Source of the DNA: Clostridia bacterium
Lineage (GTDB): Bacteria > Bacillota > Clostridia > Oscillospirales > CAG-272
Direction: 5' to 3'
Length of the DNA: 64,000 nt
Assembly (NCBI GenBank): GCA_017517745.1
Contig: JAFWYJ010000040.1
Span: 84,203-148,202, forward strand
Numbering within the stretch: the first letter of the stretch is position 1; the number at the start of each line of letters is the position of its first letter. The position numbers and the translations under genes were made by a program. The notes beneath the pieces were generated by a model. That model searched no databases. It was not told the DNA's origin and saw nothing but the letters and a program-made list of their open reading frames with translations. Positions 18,262 to 28,139 of the stretch are shown here, piece after piece.

Positions 18262-20967
18262 TTATTTGCATTCGAAGCAATAGTCGCCCGATCCGACACG
18301 GATCTCAAAGCAGCCGTCGGTTTCTCGGAAAGAAAGGATTCCGTCGGGAAGTGCAGGGGATACGCCTTGCTTCCATACCTCGCCGCGCGCTTCGCCGATC
18401 TGCGTGATCGCGGTCTCAATACAGGCTTTGGGAATACAGATCGTTGCCTCGCTGCCGAACGGAACGCCGACGCGCAGCAAGATCCGATCGGACTCTTTTT
18501 TCCAATAGGAGCGGATCTCTCCCGTCAGCGTCTCCCAAGCGGCATCGACGAAGAGGAGCTTTTTGGGGAAGATGGGGCGAATGAAAAAGTGGGAAAGGCC
18601 GAGCGCGGCTTCATCGACTTGAATGCCGGCGAGACGGCGGTAGAGCCATGCGCCGACCGACGCGTACATGGGATGGTTGTGCGAATTCATTCCGCCGCCG
18701 GTGCTGTTTTCCCAGCGCTCCCAAACCGTGGTCGCCTCGTTTCGGAGCATGTATCCCCAGCTCGGATATTCGGTCTCGGTCACCATGCGGTATGCCTCCT
18801 CGGCATATCCCGCGTCGCAAAGTGCCTCCAACAGATATTTGGTGGTCATGGTTCCCGTGGTGGGATGATGGTTTTGCCTGCGAACCGCCTCCGCCAGGTG
18901 CCGCGCGACCGCGTCGCGCTCGGATTCGGGGACCATACCAAGATACAGCGGAAATGCAAGAGATCCCTGACTTCCGCCGGCATACTGCTTTCGCTCAGGA
19001 TCAAAAAAGGTTCGATGGAAGGCGTCCTTGATGCCGTTTGCCAAGGTCAAAAATTCCTTTCGATCGTCTTCCTTTCCAAGCGCCTGTGCCATTTTTGCCA
19101 TCAAAATCGCGTCGTAATAGAAAAAGCAGGTCGAGATCAAGGGCGCGGGGGTGATCGCGGAACGGGGATTTTCGGGGGATACCAGATACGCCTCGGCACT
19201 TGCCCAGTCACCGAGGTCAGTCTCTCTTTGCGTCAGGATCAGCCCCTCACTCCGACTTTTCAGAAAACCGAGCCAGCCGACCATCGAGGAATAGTGCTCC
19301 TCGATCACGCGCCGATCGCGATGTTGAAGATAGAGAAGCCACGGGATCAACAGATATGCCGTGTCCACGGGATCGCCGTCGTGCTTTCTCGAAAAGAGCG
19401 CGGGGGCGGTATCCTTGATGCTCCCGTTGGTGGGATCGACCGTGTCGGTGATGTCGCGCTCCCATTTGGCGAGGAAGAGTGGTGTGCGGAAGTTGTAGAG
19501 CATTTCCTCCAGACGTACCGTGACGTCATTGAGCCAGCCCATGCGCTCGCTTCGTTGCGGGCAGTCGGTGGGAATGCTGTGCATGTTGCTTCGCTCGGTC
19601 CATAGAATGTTTTGGTGCAGACGGTTCAGAAGCGGCTCGCCGCAGACAAAGCGTCCGATCTGTGCGACGTCGTTTGCGACGATACAGCCCTCGATGTCCG
19701 CAGGGGAGAGAAATCCTTCGTATCCCTCGATCTGCAGATAGCGAAATCCGTGATAGGTAAAGCGAGGCTCGTAGCGCTCCTCACCCTCACCGCGCAAGAC
19801 GTAGGTGTCGGTCACCTTTGCCTTGAGCAGGTTTTCTTGGTTGACCAGACCGTTTGGATATAGGGTTTCGGCATAGCGAAAGCGGATGCTCGTTCCGCGC
19901 GCGCCGGTGAGGCGTACTTTTGCCCAACCCGCGAAATTCTGACCGAAATCGCAAACGAAAACACCTTCCGCGGGAGAGGTGACAGAGATGGGGGAGCGCG
20001 TTTGCAGAATGCGGATCGGCTCCATTTCTTGCGCGACGAGCTTGCCGAGAGGCGGCTCCGCCGTCACGGCGGGCTTCCAATCGGCGTCGGGCAGATATTC
20101 GGGAGTATCCCAGCCCGCCTTTTCCAGACGTGCGTCATAGGTCTCGCCGTCGTAAAGATTATTTTCCGTGATCGGGGAGGGAGCAGTCAGCCAGCCGTCG
20201 GTTTCGCTTTTGAGTGCCGTTTCTCGCGTACCGTCGGCAAACTGCACCTCCAAGCGAAAGAGCAGCTTGGGTTTGGATACCCAGCGTTCGGTGTGATCAC
20301 GCAGCGCCCAATGGTGGTTTCCGTACCAGCCGTCTCCCAGCATCACGCCGACCGTGTTTTTTCCCTCGCAAAGCAGCTCGGTCACGTCGGCACTGTTATA
20401 TAGCACCTGCTTGGTGTAATCGGTAAAGCCCGGGCAGAGTACCTCATCATCCGTTCGCCTTCCGTTGACCGTCAGCTCGTAATAGCCGAGCCCGCAAATA
20501 TAGGCGGTAGCACGGCGGATCGGGCGGTCTATCCAAAAATCACGCCGAAGCAGGGGAGCCGCGCCGATACCGACGTTGGCGGCGGAGATCCACTCTGCCC
20601 CCCAAGCTCCGCCGTTCATCAGTCCCGTGTGAAAGTTTGAGATCTCACTCCACTCGCTCTCACGGTCGCGGTTATCCCAAATTTTGACACACCAATAATA
20701 CTGCGTGGCGGGAGAGAGATCCTTGCCGCCGTATGCGTGGTTCAGAAGATGCGCGGAGATCACCTTGCCGCTGTCCCAAGCGTCGGGAGCTTCCTGCTTC
20801 AAAAGCGACGGCTCGGTGGCGACCAGAATGCGGTAGGCACGTTGCTTTGCGCCGCGAAGCAGATTTTGCGCGCTCCATGAAAAGCGCGGACGTTGGGTGT
20901 CAATTCTTTGCGGACTTGCGGCATATTCGCAAAGCAGTCGGCAGGGATGAAGATTGAGGTTTGACAT
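18262..20967 (-). CDS. Alpha-L-rhamnosidase (GH78)
   Basis: 901 aa. N-terminal RPRFSWS...QRAYRILVA...YYWCVKIWD signature of GH78, with a six-hairpin catalytic region. Confidence 0.85.
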   Translation of the reverse strand: MSNLNLHPCRLLCEYAASPQRIDTQRPRFSWSAQNLLRGAKQRAYRILVATEPSLLKQEAPDAWDSGKVISAHLLNHAYGGKDLSPATQYYWCVKIWDNRDRESEWSEISNFHTGLMNGGAWGAEWISAANVGIGAAPLLRRDFWIDRPIRRATAYICGLGYYELTVNGRRTDDEVLCPGFTDYTKQVLYNSADVTELLCEGKNTVGVMLGDGWYGNHHWALRDHTERWVSKPKLLFRLEVQFADGTRETALKSETDGWLTAPSPITENNLYDGETYDARLEKAGWDTPEYLPDADWKPAVTAEPPLGKLVAQEMEPIRILQTRSPISVTSPAEGVFVCDFGQNFAGWAKVRLTGARGTSIRFRYAETLYPNGLVNQENLLKAKVTDTYVLRGEGEERYEPRFTYHGFRYLQIEGYEGFLSPADIEGCIVANDVAQIGRFVCGEPLLNRLHQNILWTERSNMHSIPTDCPQRSERMGWLNDVTVRLEEMLYNFRTPLFLAKWERDITDTVDPTNGSIKDTAPALFSRKHDGDPVDTAYLLIPWLLYLQHRDRRVIEEHYSSMVGWLGFLKSRSEGLILTQRETDLGDWASAEAYLVSPENPRSAITPAPLISTCFFYYDAILMAKMAQALGKEDDRKEFLTLANGIKDAFHRTFFDPERKQYAGGSQGSLAFPLYLGMVPESERDAVARHLAEAVRRQNHHPTTGTMTTKYLLEALCDAGYAEEAYRMVTETEYPSWGYMLRNEATTVWERWENSTGGGMNSHNHPMYASVGAWLYRRLAGIQVDEAALGLSHFFIRPIFPKKLLFVDAAWETLTGEIRSYWKKESDRILLRVGVPFGSEATICIPKACIETAITQIGEARGEVWKQGVSPALPDGILSFRETDGCFEIRVGSGDYCFECK

Positions 20968-21225
20968 GGCAGATCTCCTTGTCTTTTTCTAACTTCGTTC
21001 ATTATATCATGATTTCCGATTTTTGTCAATAAAGATATCCCCTCAAAGCAATCCGGAAGGCTGTTTTTTTTGCGATTCTTTTTCTCATGTATTGAAAAAT
21101 TTTTTCAGACACCGTTTGTTTATGTATAGTTCACAAAAGTAGGGTATTATATGGAAAAATCGAAGATTGTTCGCAAGAAAAACGAAAAAAATCTATAAAA
21201 AATCAAAAAAATATTCGAAAATCAT

Positions 21226-21254
21226 TTGCAATTCGTTCAATTTTGTGTTATAAT
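21226..21254 (+). promoter_or_regulatory. Sigma-A type promoter (extended -10) for the response regulator gene
   Basis: TTGCAA 21226-21231, 17-nt spacer, TGtTATAAT ending at 21254. Leaves a ~115-nt leader. Confidence 0.7.
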
Positions 21255-21375
21255 GGATTGGATTTGCAAAGAGGGGGGAGATCACGCCCTCAAAAAAAGA
21301 AAATTTCATTCGCGGTCAGAACAATTTTGGAGATGTGAAACCGAGATGAAACGCTGAAAAGAAAGGAAATCAAAG

Positions 21376-22068
21376 ATGACAGACACCAAACTTCTCGTGA
21401 TTGACGACGATTCCAATATCAGCGAGATGCTGAAGATTTATTTTGAAAACGAGGGCTACGACGTCAAGGTCGCCGCCGACGGCGTGGAGGGATTGAACTA
21501 TTTCAAGATCTTCGAGCCGGACATGGTGATCCTTGACATCATGCTCCCAAAAAAGGACGGCTGGCAGGTCTGCCGCGAGATTCGCGAGATCTCCTCCAAG
21601 CCCATCATCATGATCAGTGCCAAGGCAGAGGTTTTTGACAAGGTTTTGGGACTCGAGCTCGGAGCCGACGATTTCGTGGTCAAGCCCTTTGACGTCAAGG
21701 AGCTGTCGGCGCGCATCAAGGCGGTTCTTCGCCGTTATCAGATGCACGCGCATCAGAATGACGAAGAGGTCATCAAGTTTGAAAACGTCGAGATCAGCTT
21801 GCAAAAATATGAGTTGAAGCTGCGCGGAAAATCGGTGGACATTCCTCCGAAGGAACTCGAGCTGCTGTATTTCCTGGCATCCAATTACAATCGTGTCTTC
21901 ACGAGAGATCAGCTCCTCGACAAGGTTTGGGGATTTGACTATCTCGGTGACTCTCGCACGGTCGACGTGCACGTCAAGCGTCTCCGCGAGAAGCTGGAGG
22001 GCGTGTCCGATAAATGGCTGCTCAAAACGGTTTGGGGCGTCGGATACAAATTTGAGCTTTTGAGCTGA
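21376..22068 (+). CDS. OmpR/PhoB family response regulator (no adjacent histidine kinase)
   Basis: LLVIDDD...MVILDIMLP...VVKPF receiver domain plus winged-helix C-terminus (TVDVHVKRLREKL...VWGVGYKF). Confidence 0.9.
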   Translation: MTDTKLLVIDDDSNISEMLKIYFENEGYDVKVAADGVEGLNYFKIFEPDMVILDIMLPKKDGWQVCREIREISSKPIIMISAKAEVFDKVLGLELGADDFVVKPFDVKELSARIKAVLRRYQMHAHQNDEEVIKFENVEISLQKYELKLRGKSVDIPPKELELLYFLASNYNRVFTRDQLLDKVWGFDYLGDSRTVDVHVKRLREKLEGVSDKWLLKTVWGVGYKFELLS

Positions 22069-22162
22069 GCTTGTTTTGCGCATTTTTGGCGGCGAAGGAT
22101 AAACCGCGCGATTGCTCGCAAACTAAGACTTGAGGAAAGGATTAGAGAAAGGAAGCGATTGT

Positions 22163-23323
22163 ATGTCTGAAAGAGAGAATCAGGAAATGAACGAGCCGAA
22201 GACCGACGATTATCGCTACCGTTGGGATTACGGCGCTCAATGTGCGTACGAAGCCCAAAAGCAGAAGCAAACGAAGCGTCGAGGCGCTTGGACCTATGCG
22301 ATCGTGATGGCTTCCGTGTTTGCGGCGTGTCTTGCCCTGTTGGTGGGCGTGTTGATTTGGTATTCTGCTGGAGGCACGGTGAACGATCGAATCGAGACGG
22401 TGGCAAAGAAGGTTTCGCCTTCCACGGTGCTGATTCATACCACTGACGGTGAGGGATCTTATGGCTACGGAACCGGCTTTTTCATCCGTTCCGACGGCTA
22501 TATTGCCACGAACTATCACGTGGTAGAGAATGGAAGGAACGTTCAGGTCACGCTCTATTCGGGACAGAGAGCCGCGGCGCAACTGATTGGTTACAGCGCG
22601 ATTGACGATCTTGCGGTTTTGAAAATTCAGGGGATGGGGTATCCCACCGTGAAGATCGGTGACTCCGACGCGCTCCGCGTCGGCGAGCTTGCCGTTGCCA
22701 TTGGACATCCTTCCGGAGCGGACGGTTCACTTCCTTGGACGACCACACACGGCATTGTTTCTGCACTTGACCGCGTGGTGAGTGTATCGGGCGGAGGAAA
22801 ACATGGTGAAATGACCATGATCCAGACCGACGCGCCCGTCAACCCCGGAAATTCCGGAGGCCCGCTTTGCAATTCGCGCGGTGAGGTCATCGGCATCGTC
22901 ACAAGCAAGCATACGACGTATGAGGGCATCGGTTTTGCGATTCCGATCAACAACGCCATGGAGCTTCTCCGCGAAATCGTGGAAACCGGAAGTGCCGACG
23001 GAATCGAATCCAACGTGGCCAAGGTCCGTCCCACCATCGGCATTGGCGTGAGGGACATTGTCGAAGGGGACGTCTATTACGACATGCAAGGCAAGAAATA
23101 TACGGCGGAAAAAACCGGCGTATTGGTCTCCTCGGTGGATGAGACCGGCGCGGCATACGGATCTCTTCAAGTGAGAGATATCATCATTGCCATGGACGGT
23201 AAAACCGTCGAAACGCAGAACGATCTGCGCGAGCTTTTATATAAACACAAGAGCGGGGACGAGACAACGCTCGTGATTTGGCGGGACGGTCAATCGAAAT
23301 CGGTCAAGATTCGGCTCGGATAA
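22163..23323 (+). CDS. S1C (HtrA/DegP-like) serine protease with N-terminal TM helix and C-terminal PDZ domain
   Basis: TNYHVV (His), DDLAVLK (Asp), GNSGGPL (Ser). ATG 22163 follows AAAGGAAG. Confidence 0.85.
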   Translation: MSERENQEMNEPKTDDYRYRWDYGAQCAYEAQKQKQTKRRGAWTYAIVMASVFAACLALLVGVLIWYSAGGTVNDRIETVAKKVSPSTVLIHTTDGEGSYGYGTGFFIRSDGYIATNYHVVENGRNVQVTLYSGQRAAAQLIGYSAIDDLAVLKIQGMGYPTVKIGDSDALRVGELAVAIGHPSGADGSLPWTTTHGIVSALDRVVSVSGGGKHGEMTMIQTDAPVNPGNSGGPLCNSRGEVIGIVTSKHTTYEGIGFAIPINNAMELLREIVETGSADGIESNVAKVRPTIGIGVRDIVEGDVYYDMQGKKYTAEKTGVLVSSVDETGAAYGSLQVRDIIIAMDGKTVETQNDLRELLYKHKSGDETTLVIWRDGQSKSVKIRLG

Positions 23324-23335
23324 TCCCCAAAAAAC

Positions 23336-23380
23336 ATCCGTGCGCATTCAAAATGAGTGCGCACGGATTTCTTTTTTCTT
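23336..23380. terminator. Bidirectional intrinsic terminator
   Basis: ATCCGTGCGCA / TGCGCACGGAT stem, T-rich run downstream and A-rich run upstream. Lies between convergent genes. Confidence 0.8.
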
Positions 23381-23392
23381 TCAAAGGTCTTT

Positions 23393-24982
23393 TTATGCTT
23401 GGTTTCTCGCCAGATATTCTTCGTAAGTGCCGGAGAAATCGACGATGCCGCCGTCGGGTTTGATCTCGATGATGCGATTGGCGACGGTGTTGACCAGCTC
23501 GTAGTCATGTGAGGTGAAGATGACGTTGCCCTTGAAGTTGGCAAGTCCGTGGTTGACCGCGCTGATCGATTCGAGGTCGAGGTGGTCGGTGGGCTGATCG
23601 AGCAGAAGGAAGTTCGATCCGAACAGCATCATTCTTGCGGACATACAGCGCACCTTCTCGCCTCCCGAAAGGACGTTGACGGGCTTGAAAACGCTGTCGT
23701 TGGAGAAGAGCATTCTGCCAAGGAACCCGCGCAGATAGGTCTCTGTGGTCTCCTTGGAATACTGTGCCAACCAATCGATGATGCTCAGGGTGCAATTGTT
23801 GAAATATTCGGTGTTGTCATGCGGAAAATAGGATTTGGAAATGCTCACGCCCCATTTGAAATCACCGCTGTTGGGGGTATCCTCCTCCATGAGAATGCGG
23901 AAGAGGGCAGTGATTGCCATTTCATTGCCGATGAGCGCGATCTTGTCTTCCTTGTTGACCGTGAAGGAGACGTTTTGGAAGAGCGGCGTGCCGTCGACGC
24001 TCTTGGAGAGGTCGCGGACGAAGAGAATGTCTTTTCCCGCGATGCGGTCCATGTCAAAACCGATGAAGGGATAGCGTCTGCTCGAAGCGGGAAGCTCCTC
24101 GACCGTCAGCTTGTCCAAAAGCTTGCGGCGCGAGGTCGCCTGACGCGACTTGGATTTGTTTGCCGAGAAGCGTGCGATAAAAGCCTGCAATTCGCGGATC
24201 TTTTCCTCGGCTCTCTTGTTTTGCTGCTTGATCATGCGCTGGATCAGCTGGCTCGATTCATACCAGAATTCGTAGTTGCCGACGTACATTTTGATGCCGT
24301 TGTAGTCGATGTCCACGATGTTCGTGCAGACGTCGTTGAGAAAGTGACGGTCATGGGAAACGACCAACACCGTGCCGAAATAATCCGACAAAAAGTCTTC
24401 CAACCACATGATCGCGTCGATGTCAAGACCGTTGGTCGGCTCATCGAGCATGATGATGTCGGGGTTGCCGAAGAGTGCTTGCGCCAGCATGATCTTGACC
24501 TTTTCGCTCTCCTTGAGAGAGGACATTTGCTCCCAAAGCAGTTCCTCGCCAAGTCCCAATCCTTGAATCAGCTTGGAGATCTCGGATTCCGCCTCCCAGC
24601 CGTTCAGCTCGGCAAATTCCGCCTCCAATTCCGAGGCGCGCAGACCGTCCTCCTCGCTGAAATCCTCTTTTTCATAGATCGCATCCTTTTCAACCTTGAC
24701 GTCGTAAAGCCTACGGTTGCCCATCATGACGGTGTCGACCACCGAGTAGTCGTCAAATGCAAAGTGATCCTGGCGCAAAACCGACATTCTGACGGTGTCG
24801 GGAATCGAGATCTCGCCCGTGGAGGGTTCAAGCTCGCCGCAAAGCAATTTGAGGAAGGTCGATTTGCCGGCACCGTTGGCGCCGATGATGCCGTAGCAGT
24901 TCCCGGGCGTGAATTTGAGATCAACGTCCTTGAAGAGAAGCTGACCGCCGAAATGGAAGGACAGGTTGGAAATTGTAATCAT
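23393..24982 (-). CDS. ABC-F family ATPase (two ABC cassettes, no TM domain)
   Basis: Start at MITISNLSF (24982), after AAGAGGT. Two Walker A motifs (GANGAGKST and a second cassette), two LSGGEK signatures, charged linker. Confidence 0.9.
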   Translation of the reverse strand: MITISNLSFHFGGQLLFKDVDLKFTPGNCYGIIGANGAGKSTFLKLLCGELEPSTGEISIPDTVRMSVLRQDHFAFDDYSVVDTVMMGNRRLYDVKVEKDAIYEKEDFSEEDGLRASELEAEFAELNGWEAESEISKLIQGLGLGEELLWEQMSSLKESEKVKIMLAQALFGNPDIIMLDEPTNGLDIDAIMWLEDFLSDYFGTVLVVSHDRHFLNDVCTNIVDIDYNGIKMYVGNYEFWYESSQLIQRMIKQQNKRAEEKIRELQAFIARFSANKSKSRQATSRRKLLDKLTVEELPASSRRYPFIGFDMDRIAGKDILFVRDLSKSVDGTPLFQNVSFTVNKEDKIALIGNEMAITALFRILMEEDTPNSGDFKWGVSISKSYFPHDNTEYFNNCTLSIIDWLAQYSKETTETYLRGFLGRMLFSNDSVFKPVNVLSGGEKVRCMSARMMLFGSNFLLLDQPTDHLDLESISAVNHGLANFKGNVIFTSHDYELVNTVANRIIEIKPDGGIVDFSGTYEEYLARNQA

Positions 24983-25101
24983 GATATACCTCTTTTTTGT
25001 TTCAATCTTATCGATTATATCATATCTTTTCCTCTTTTGCAAGTCAAAAATGATTTTTTTCGCTTTTTTGATGGAAAAAAGAGTTTTTTTGACAATGCTA
25101 C

Positions 25102-25130
25102 TTGACGAACGGCTTATTTTTGATTATAAT
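25102..25130 (+). promoter_or_regulatory. Sigma-A type promoter of the proBAC operon
   Basis: TTGACG 25102-25107, 17-nt spacer, TATAAT 25125-25130. Confidence 0.7.
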
Positions 25131-25178
25131 GTATTAGTATATTAAAGTAATTTGGCTGTGAAAGGATTGATACGTCAA

Positions 25179-25943
25179 ATGAGAGTGGTTGTGAAGGTGG
25201 GCACGTCAACGCTGGCACACGGCACGGGATGCCTGAATATCCGCCGTGTGGAAACGCTTTGTCGCGTGCTGAGCGATCTGAAAAACAGCGGACACGAGGT
25301 GATTCTGGTCTCCTCGGGTGCGATCGGGATGGGAGTGGGCAAGCTTTCCCTCAAGGAACGCCCGCAGGACATCCCAACCAAGCAGGCCGCCGCAGCGGTC
25401 GGTCAGTGCGAGCTGATGTACACCTACGACAAGCTGTTCGGTGAATACCATCACACCGTGGCACAGATCCTCTTGACAGGCTCTGACTTCCGTCACGATG
25501 ACCGCTATCATAATTTCCAAAACACCATGCGCCGCCTTCTCGAGCTCGGCGTGTTGCCGATCATCAACGAAAACGATACCATTGCCACCGAGGAGATCAA
25601 AGTGGGAGATAACGATACGCTTTCCGCGATGGTTGCAGTCAGCGTCGGAGCGGAGCGGTTGATCCTGCTCTCCGATATCGACGGACTCTATACCTCCGAT
25701 CCGCGCCGCGATCCCAACGCCACCCTGATCCCCGAGGTCAAAGAATTGACTCCCGAGATCATGGCTCTGGCAGGCGGGGAAGGCTCGTCGCTCGGTACGG
25801 GAGGCATGAAGACCAAATTGCATGCCGCAGAGCTTTGCATGGTGGCGGGATGCGAGATGATGATCCTCAACGGCGAGAATCCCATGCTTTTGTACGATTT
25901 GTTTGACGGCAAGGCTGTGGGAACACGCTTTTCTTGCAAATAA
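25179..25943 (+). CDS. proB: Glutamate 5-kinase (short form without PUA domain)
   Basis: MRVVVKVGTSTL...VILVSSGAIGMG...NENDT...GDNDTLSA amino-acid-kinase motifs. Confidence 0.9.
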   Translation: MRVVVKVGTSTLAHGTGCLNIRRVETLCRVLSDLKNSGHEVILVSSGAIGMGVGKLSLKERPQDIPTKQAAAAVGQCELMYTYDKLFGEYHHTVAQILLTGSDFRHDDRYHNFQNTMRRLLELGVLPIINENDTIATEEIKVGDNDTLSAMVAVSVGAERLILLSDIDGLYTSDPRRDPNATLIPEVKELTPEIMALAGGEGSSLGTGGMKTKLHAAELCMVAGCEMMILNGENPMLLYDLFDGKAVGTRFSCK

Positions 25944-25980
25944 AAGCTTTTCTCGCAAATAAAAACCAACGGAGAACACT

Positions 25981-27236
25981 ATGACGACTTTAGAAATTTT
26001 GCAGGCGGCAAAGGCGGCAGCCCCCGCGCTTGCGATTCTGAATACACAAACCAAAAACGAGGCACTGCTCGCCATGGCAGACGAGCTTGAGGCTGCAAAG
26101 GAAACGATCCTTGCGGCAAACGCGCTTGATCTTGAGGCGGCAAAGGGCAGCGTGAGCGAGGTCATGCTCGATCGTCTGCGCCTGACGGAAGACCGCATTC
26201 GCGGAATGGCGGACGGCATCCGCGAGGTGGTGGCACTGCCCGATCCCGTGGGAGAGGTGACCGAAACCGTGACGCGTCCCAACGGATTGGAAATTCGAAA
26301 AACACGCGTTCCGATGGGTGTGGTCGGCATCATTTACGAAAGCCGTCCCAACGTGACCTCGGATGCCGCCGCCCTTGCGCTCAAAAGCGGAAACGTCTGC
26401 GTTCTGCGCGGTGTAAGGAAGCCTTCCGCACCTCTCATGCGGTGGTGGACGCTCTGCGCGGCGGCTTGCGCAAGCTCGGCTTGCCCAAGACCTTTGTCAA
26501 TATGCTGGAGGACGTGACGCGAGCGGGCGCGAACGAGCTGATGACAGCGGTCGACTACGTCGATCTTCTCATTCCGCGTGGCGGCGCGGGGCTGATCCGC
26601 GCTTGCGTCGAGAACGCCAAGGTGCCTTGCATTCAAACGGGAACCGGGATCTGCCATATTTACGTCGATTCCAAGGCGGATCTTGAGATGGCGTTGGATA
26701 TTTTGGAAAACGCGAAAACCAGCCGTCCTTCGGTCTGCAATGCCGCCGAGGTTTGTCTGGTCAGCCGTGCCGTGGCAAAGGAATTTTTGCCGCGTCTTGA
26801 AAAGAGACTTTGTGCAGATCGCGCCAATGCGGGCAAGACGCCCGTGGAGCTGCGCCTTGACGGAGAAGCGGCTGCGATCATCGATGGAAAGACGGCGACC
26901 GCCGACGATTTTGACACCGAATTTCTCGATTACGTGCTCGCGGTCGCGGTTGTGGAGGACGTCAAGGATGCCGTGGCACACGTTGCGCGCCATTCGACGC
27001 ATCACAGCGAGTCGATCGTCACCGCCGACGCCGAGGCGGCTGCCTTTTTCACAGCCGCCGTGGACAGTGCCGCGGTCTACGTCAACGCGTCCACGCGCTT
27101 TACCGACGGCGGAGAGTTCGGTCTCGGATGCGAGATCGGCATTTCGACACAAAAGCTGCACGCGCGCGGTCCGATGGGACTTCGCGAGCTGACGACCTAC
27201 AAATACGTGATCAGCGGAAACGGACAGATCCGCTGA
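25981..27236 (+). pseudogene. proA: Gamma-glutamyl phosphate reductase, interrupted by a 1-nt deletion near 26413
   Basis: ORF 25981..26517 reads ...[25 protein letters not shown], then goes out of frame. The next frame (ORF 26442..27236) continues [18 protein letters not shown].... Observed CGCGGTGTAAGG where CGCGGTGGTAAGG (LRGGKEA) is expected. Confidence 0.85.
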
Positions 27237-27255
27237 GAAGGGAAGGAGAAACACT

Positions 27256-28062
27256 ATGAAAACGACGTTCGGATTTATCGGATGCGGAAATATGGGCGGT
27301 GCGCTGGCAAGCGCAGTCGCCAAGAGCGTGGGTGGCGAAAGCCTGCTCCTGTGCGACGCTTTTTCGGAGAAGGCGGAGGCACTTGCCAAGCTTTGCGGCG
27401 CAACTGTCGCAAGCACCCGAGAGGTGGCAAAGAATTGCAACTATCTCTTCCTCGGTGTCAAGCCGCAGGGTTTTGAGACGCTGTTTGAGGAGATCGCTCC
27501 GGTTCTCATGCAAAGAACCGACGCTTTCGTCTTGGTGACGATGGCGGCGGGAGTGTCGATCTCCGCGGTTGAAAAAATGGCGAATTGCGACTGCGCGGTG
27601 ATTCGCATCATGCCCAACACGCCGGTCGCGGTGGGAGAGGGAATGATCCTTTACGATGCCAACGTCAAGACGACTCAAGCGCAGATCGACGCCTTTGTTG
27701 CGGCACTTTCCAACGCCGGCAAGCTGGATCGTTTGCCCGAAGAAAAGATTGACGCGGCAAGCGCGCTTTCGGGTTGCGGCCCCGCCTTTGTCTATCTGTT
27801 TGCCGAGGCTTTGGCGGACGGTGCCGTGGAATGCGGACTTCCGCGAGAGAAAGCCAACCTCTACGCCGCGCAAACGCTCGCGGGCGCGGCAAAACTGCTC
27901 TTGACCTCAGGCAAGCATCCGGGAGAGCTGAAGGATGCGGTCTGCAGCCCCGGCGGAACTACCATCGCGGGTGTTCACGCGCTGGAGGACGGTGCCTTCC
28001 GCTCCTCTGCCATCCGTGCGGTCACCGCAGCTTACGAAAAGACCTTGAAATTGAAAAAATGA
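27256..28062 (+). CDS. proC: Pyrroline-5-carboxylate reductase
   Basis: FGFIGCGNMGGALA Rossmann motif. SPGGTTIAG motif near the C-terminus. Confidence 0.9.
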   Translation: MKTTFGFIGCGNMGGALASAVAKSVGGESLLLCDAFSEKAEALAKLCGATVASTREVAKNCNYLFLGVKPQGFETLFEEIAPVLMQRTDAFVLVTMAAGVSISAVEKMANCDCAVIRIMPNTPVAVGEGMILYDANVKTTQAQIDAFVAALSNAGKLDRLPEEKIDAASALSGCGPAFVYLFAEALADGAVECGLPREKANLYAAQTLAGAAKLLLTSGKHPGELKDAVCSPGGTTIAGVHALEDGAFRSSAIRAVTAAYEKTLKLKK

Positions 28063-28072
28063 GACAGAAAAA

Positions 28073-28116
28073 AGCATTCCTCGGTTTGTTCCCGTGGAAT
28101 GCTTTCTGTTTTTCTG
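28073..28116 (+). terminator. Intrinsic terminator of proC; member of a repeated terminator family
   Basis: AGCATTCC...GGAATGCT stem followed by TTCTGTTTTTCTG. Near-identical element at 44898..44940. Confidence 0.8.
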
Positions 28117-28139
28117 TGAAAAAAAGGATCACATACTTT

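Noticed and set aside
25206-27440. Two long minus-strand ORFs (375 aa and 368 aa) over the pro operon
   Set aside because: They are antisense to proB, proA and proC. They are R, A and S-rich shadow ORFs without motifs.
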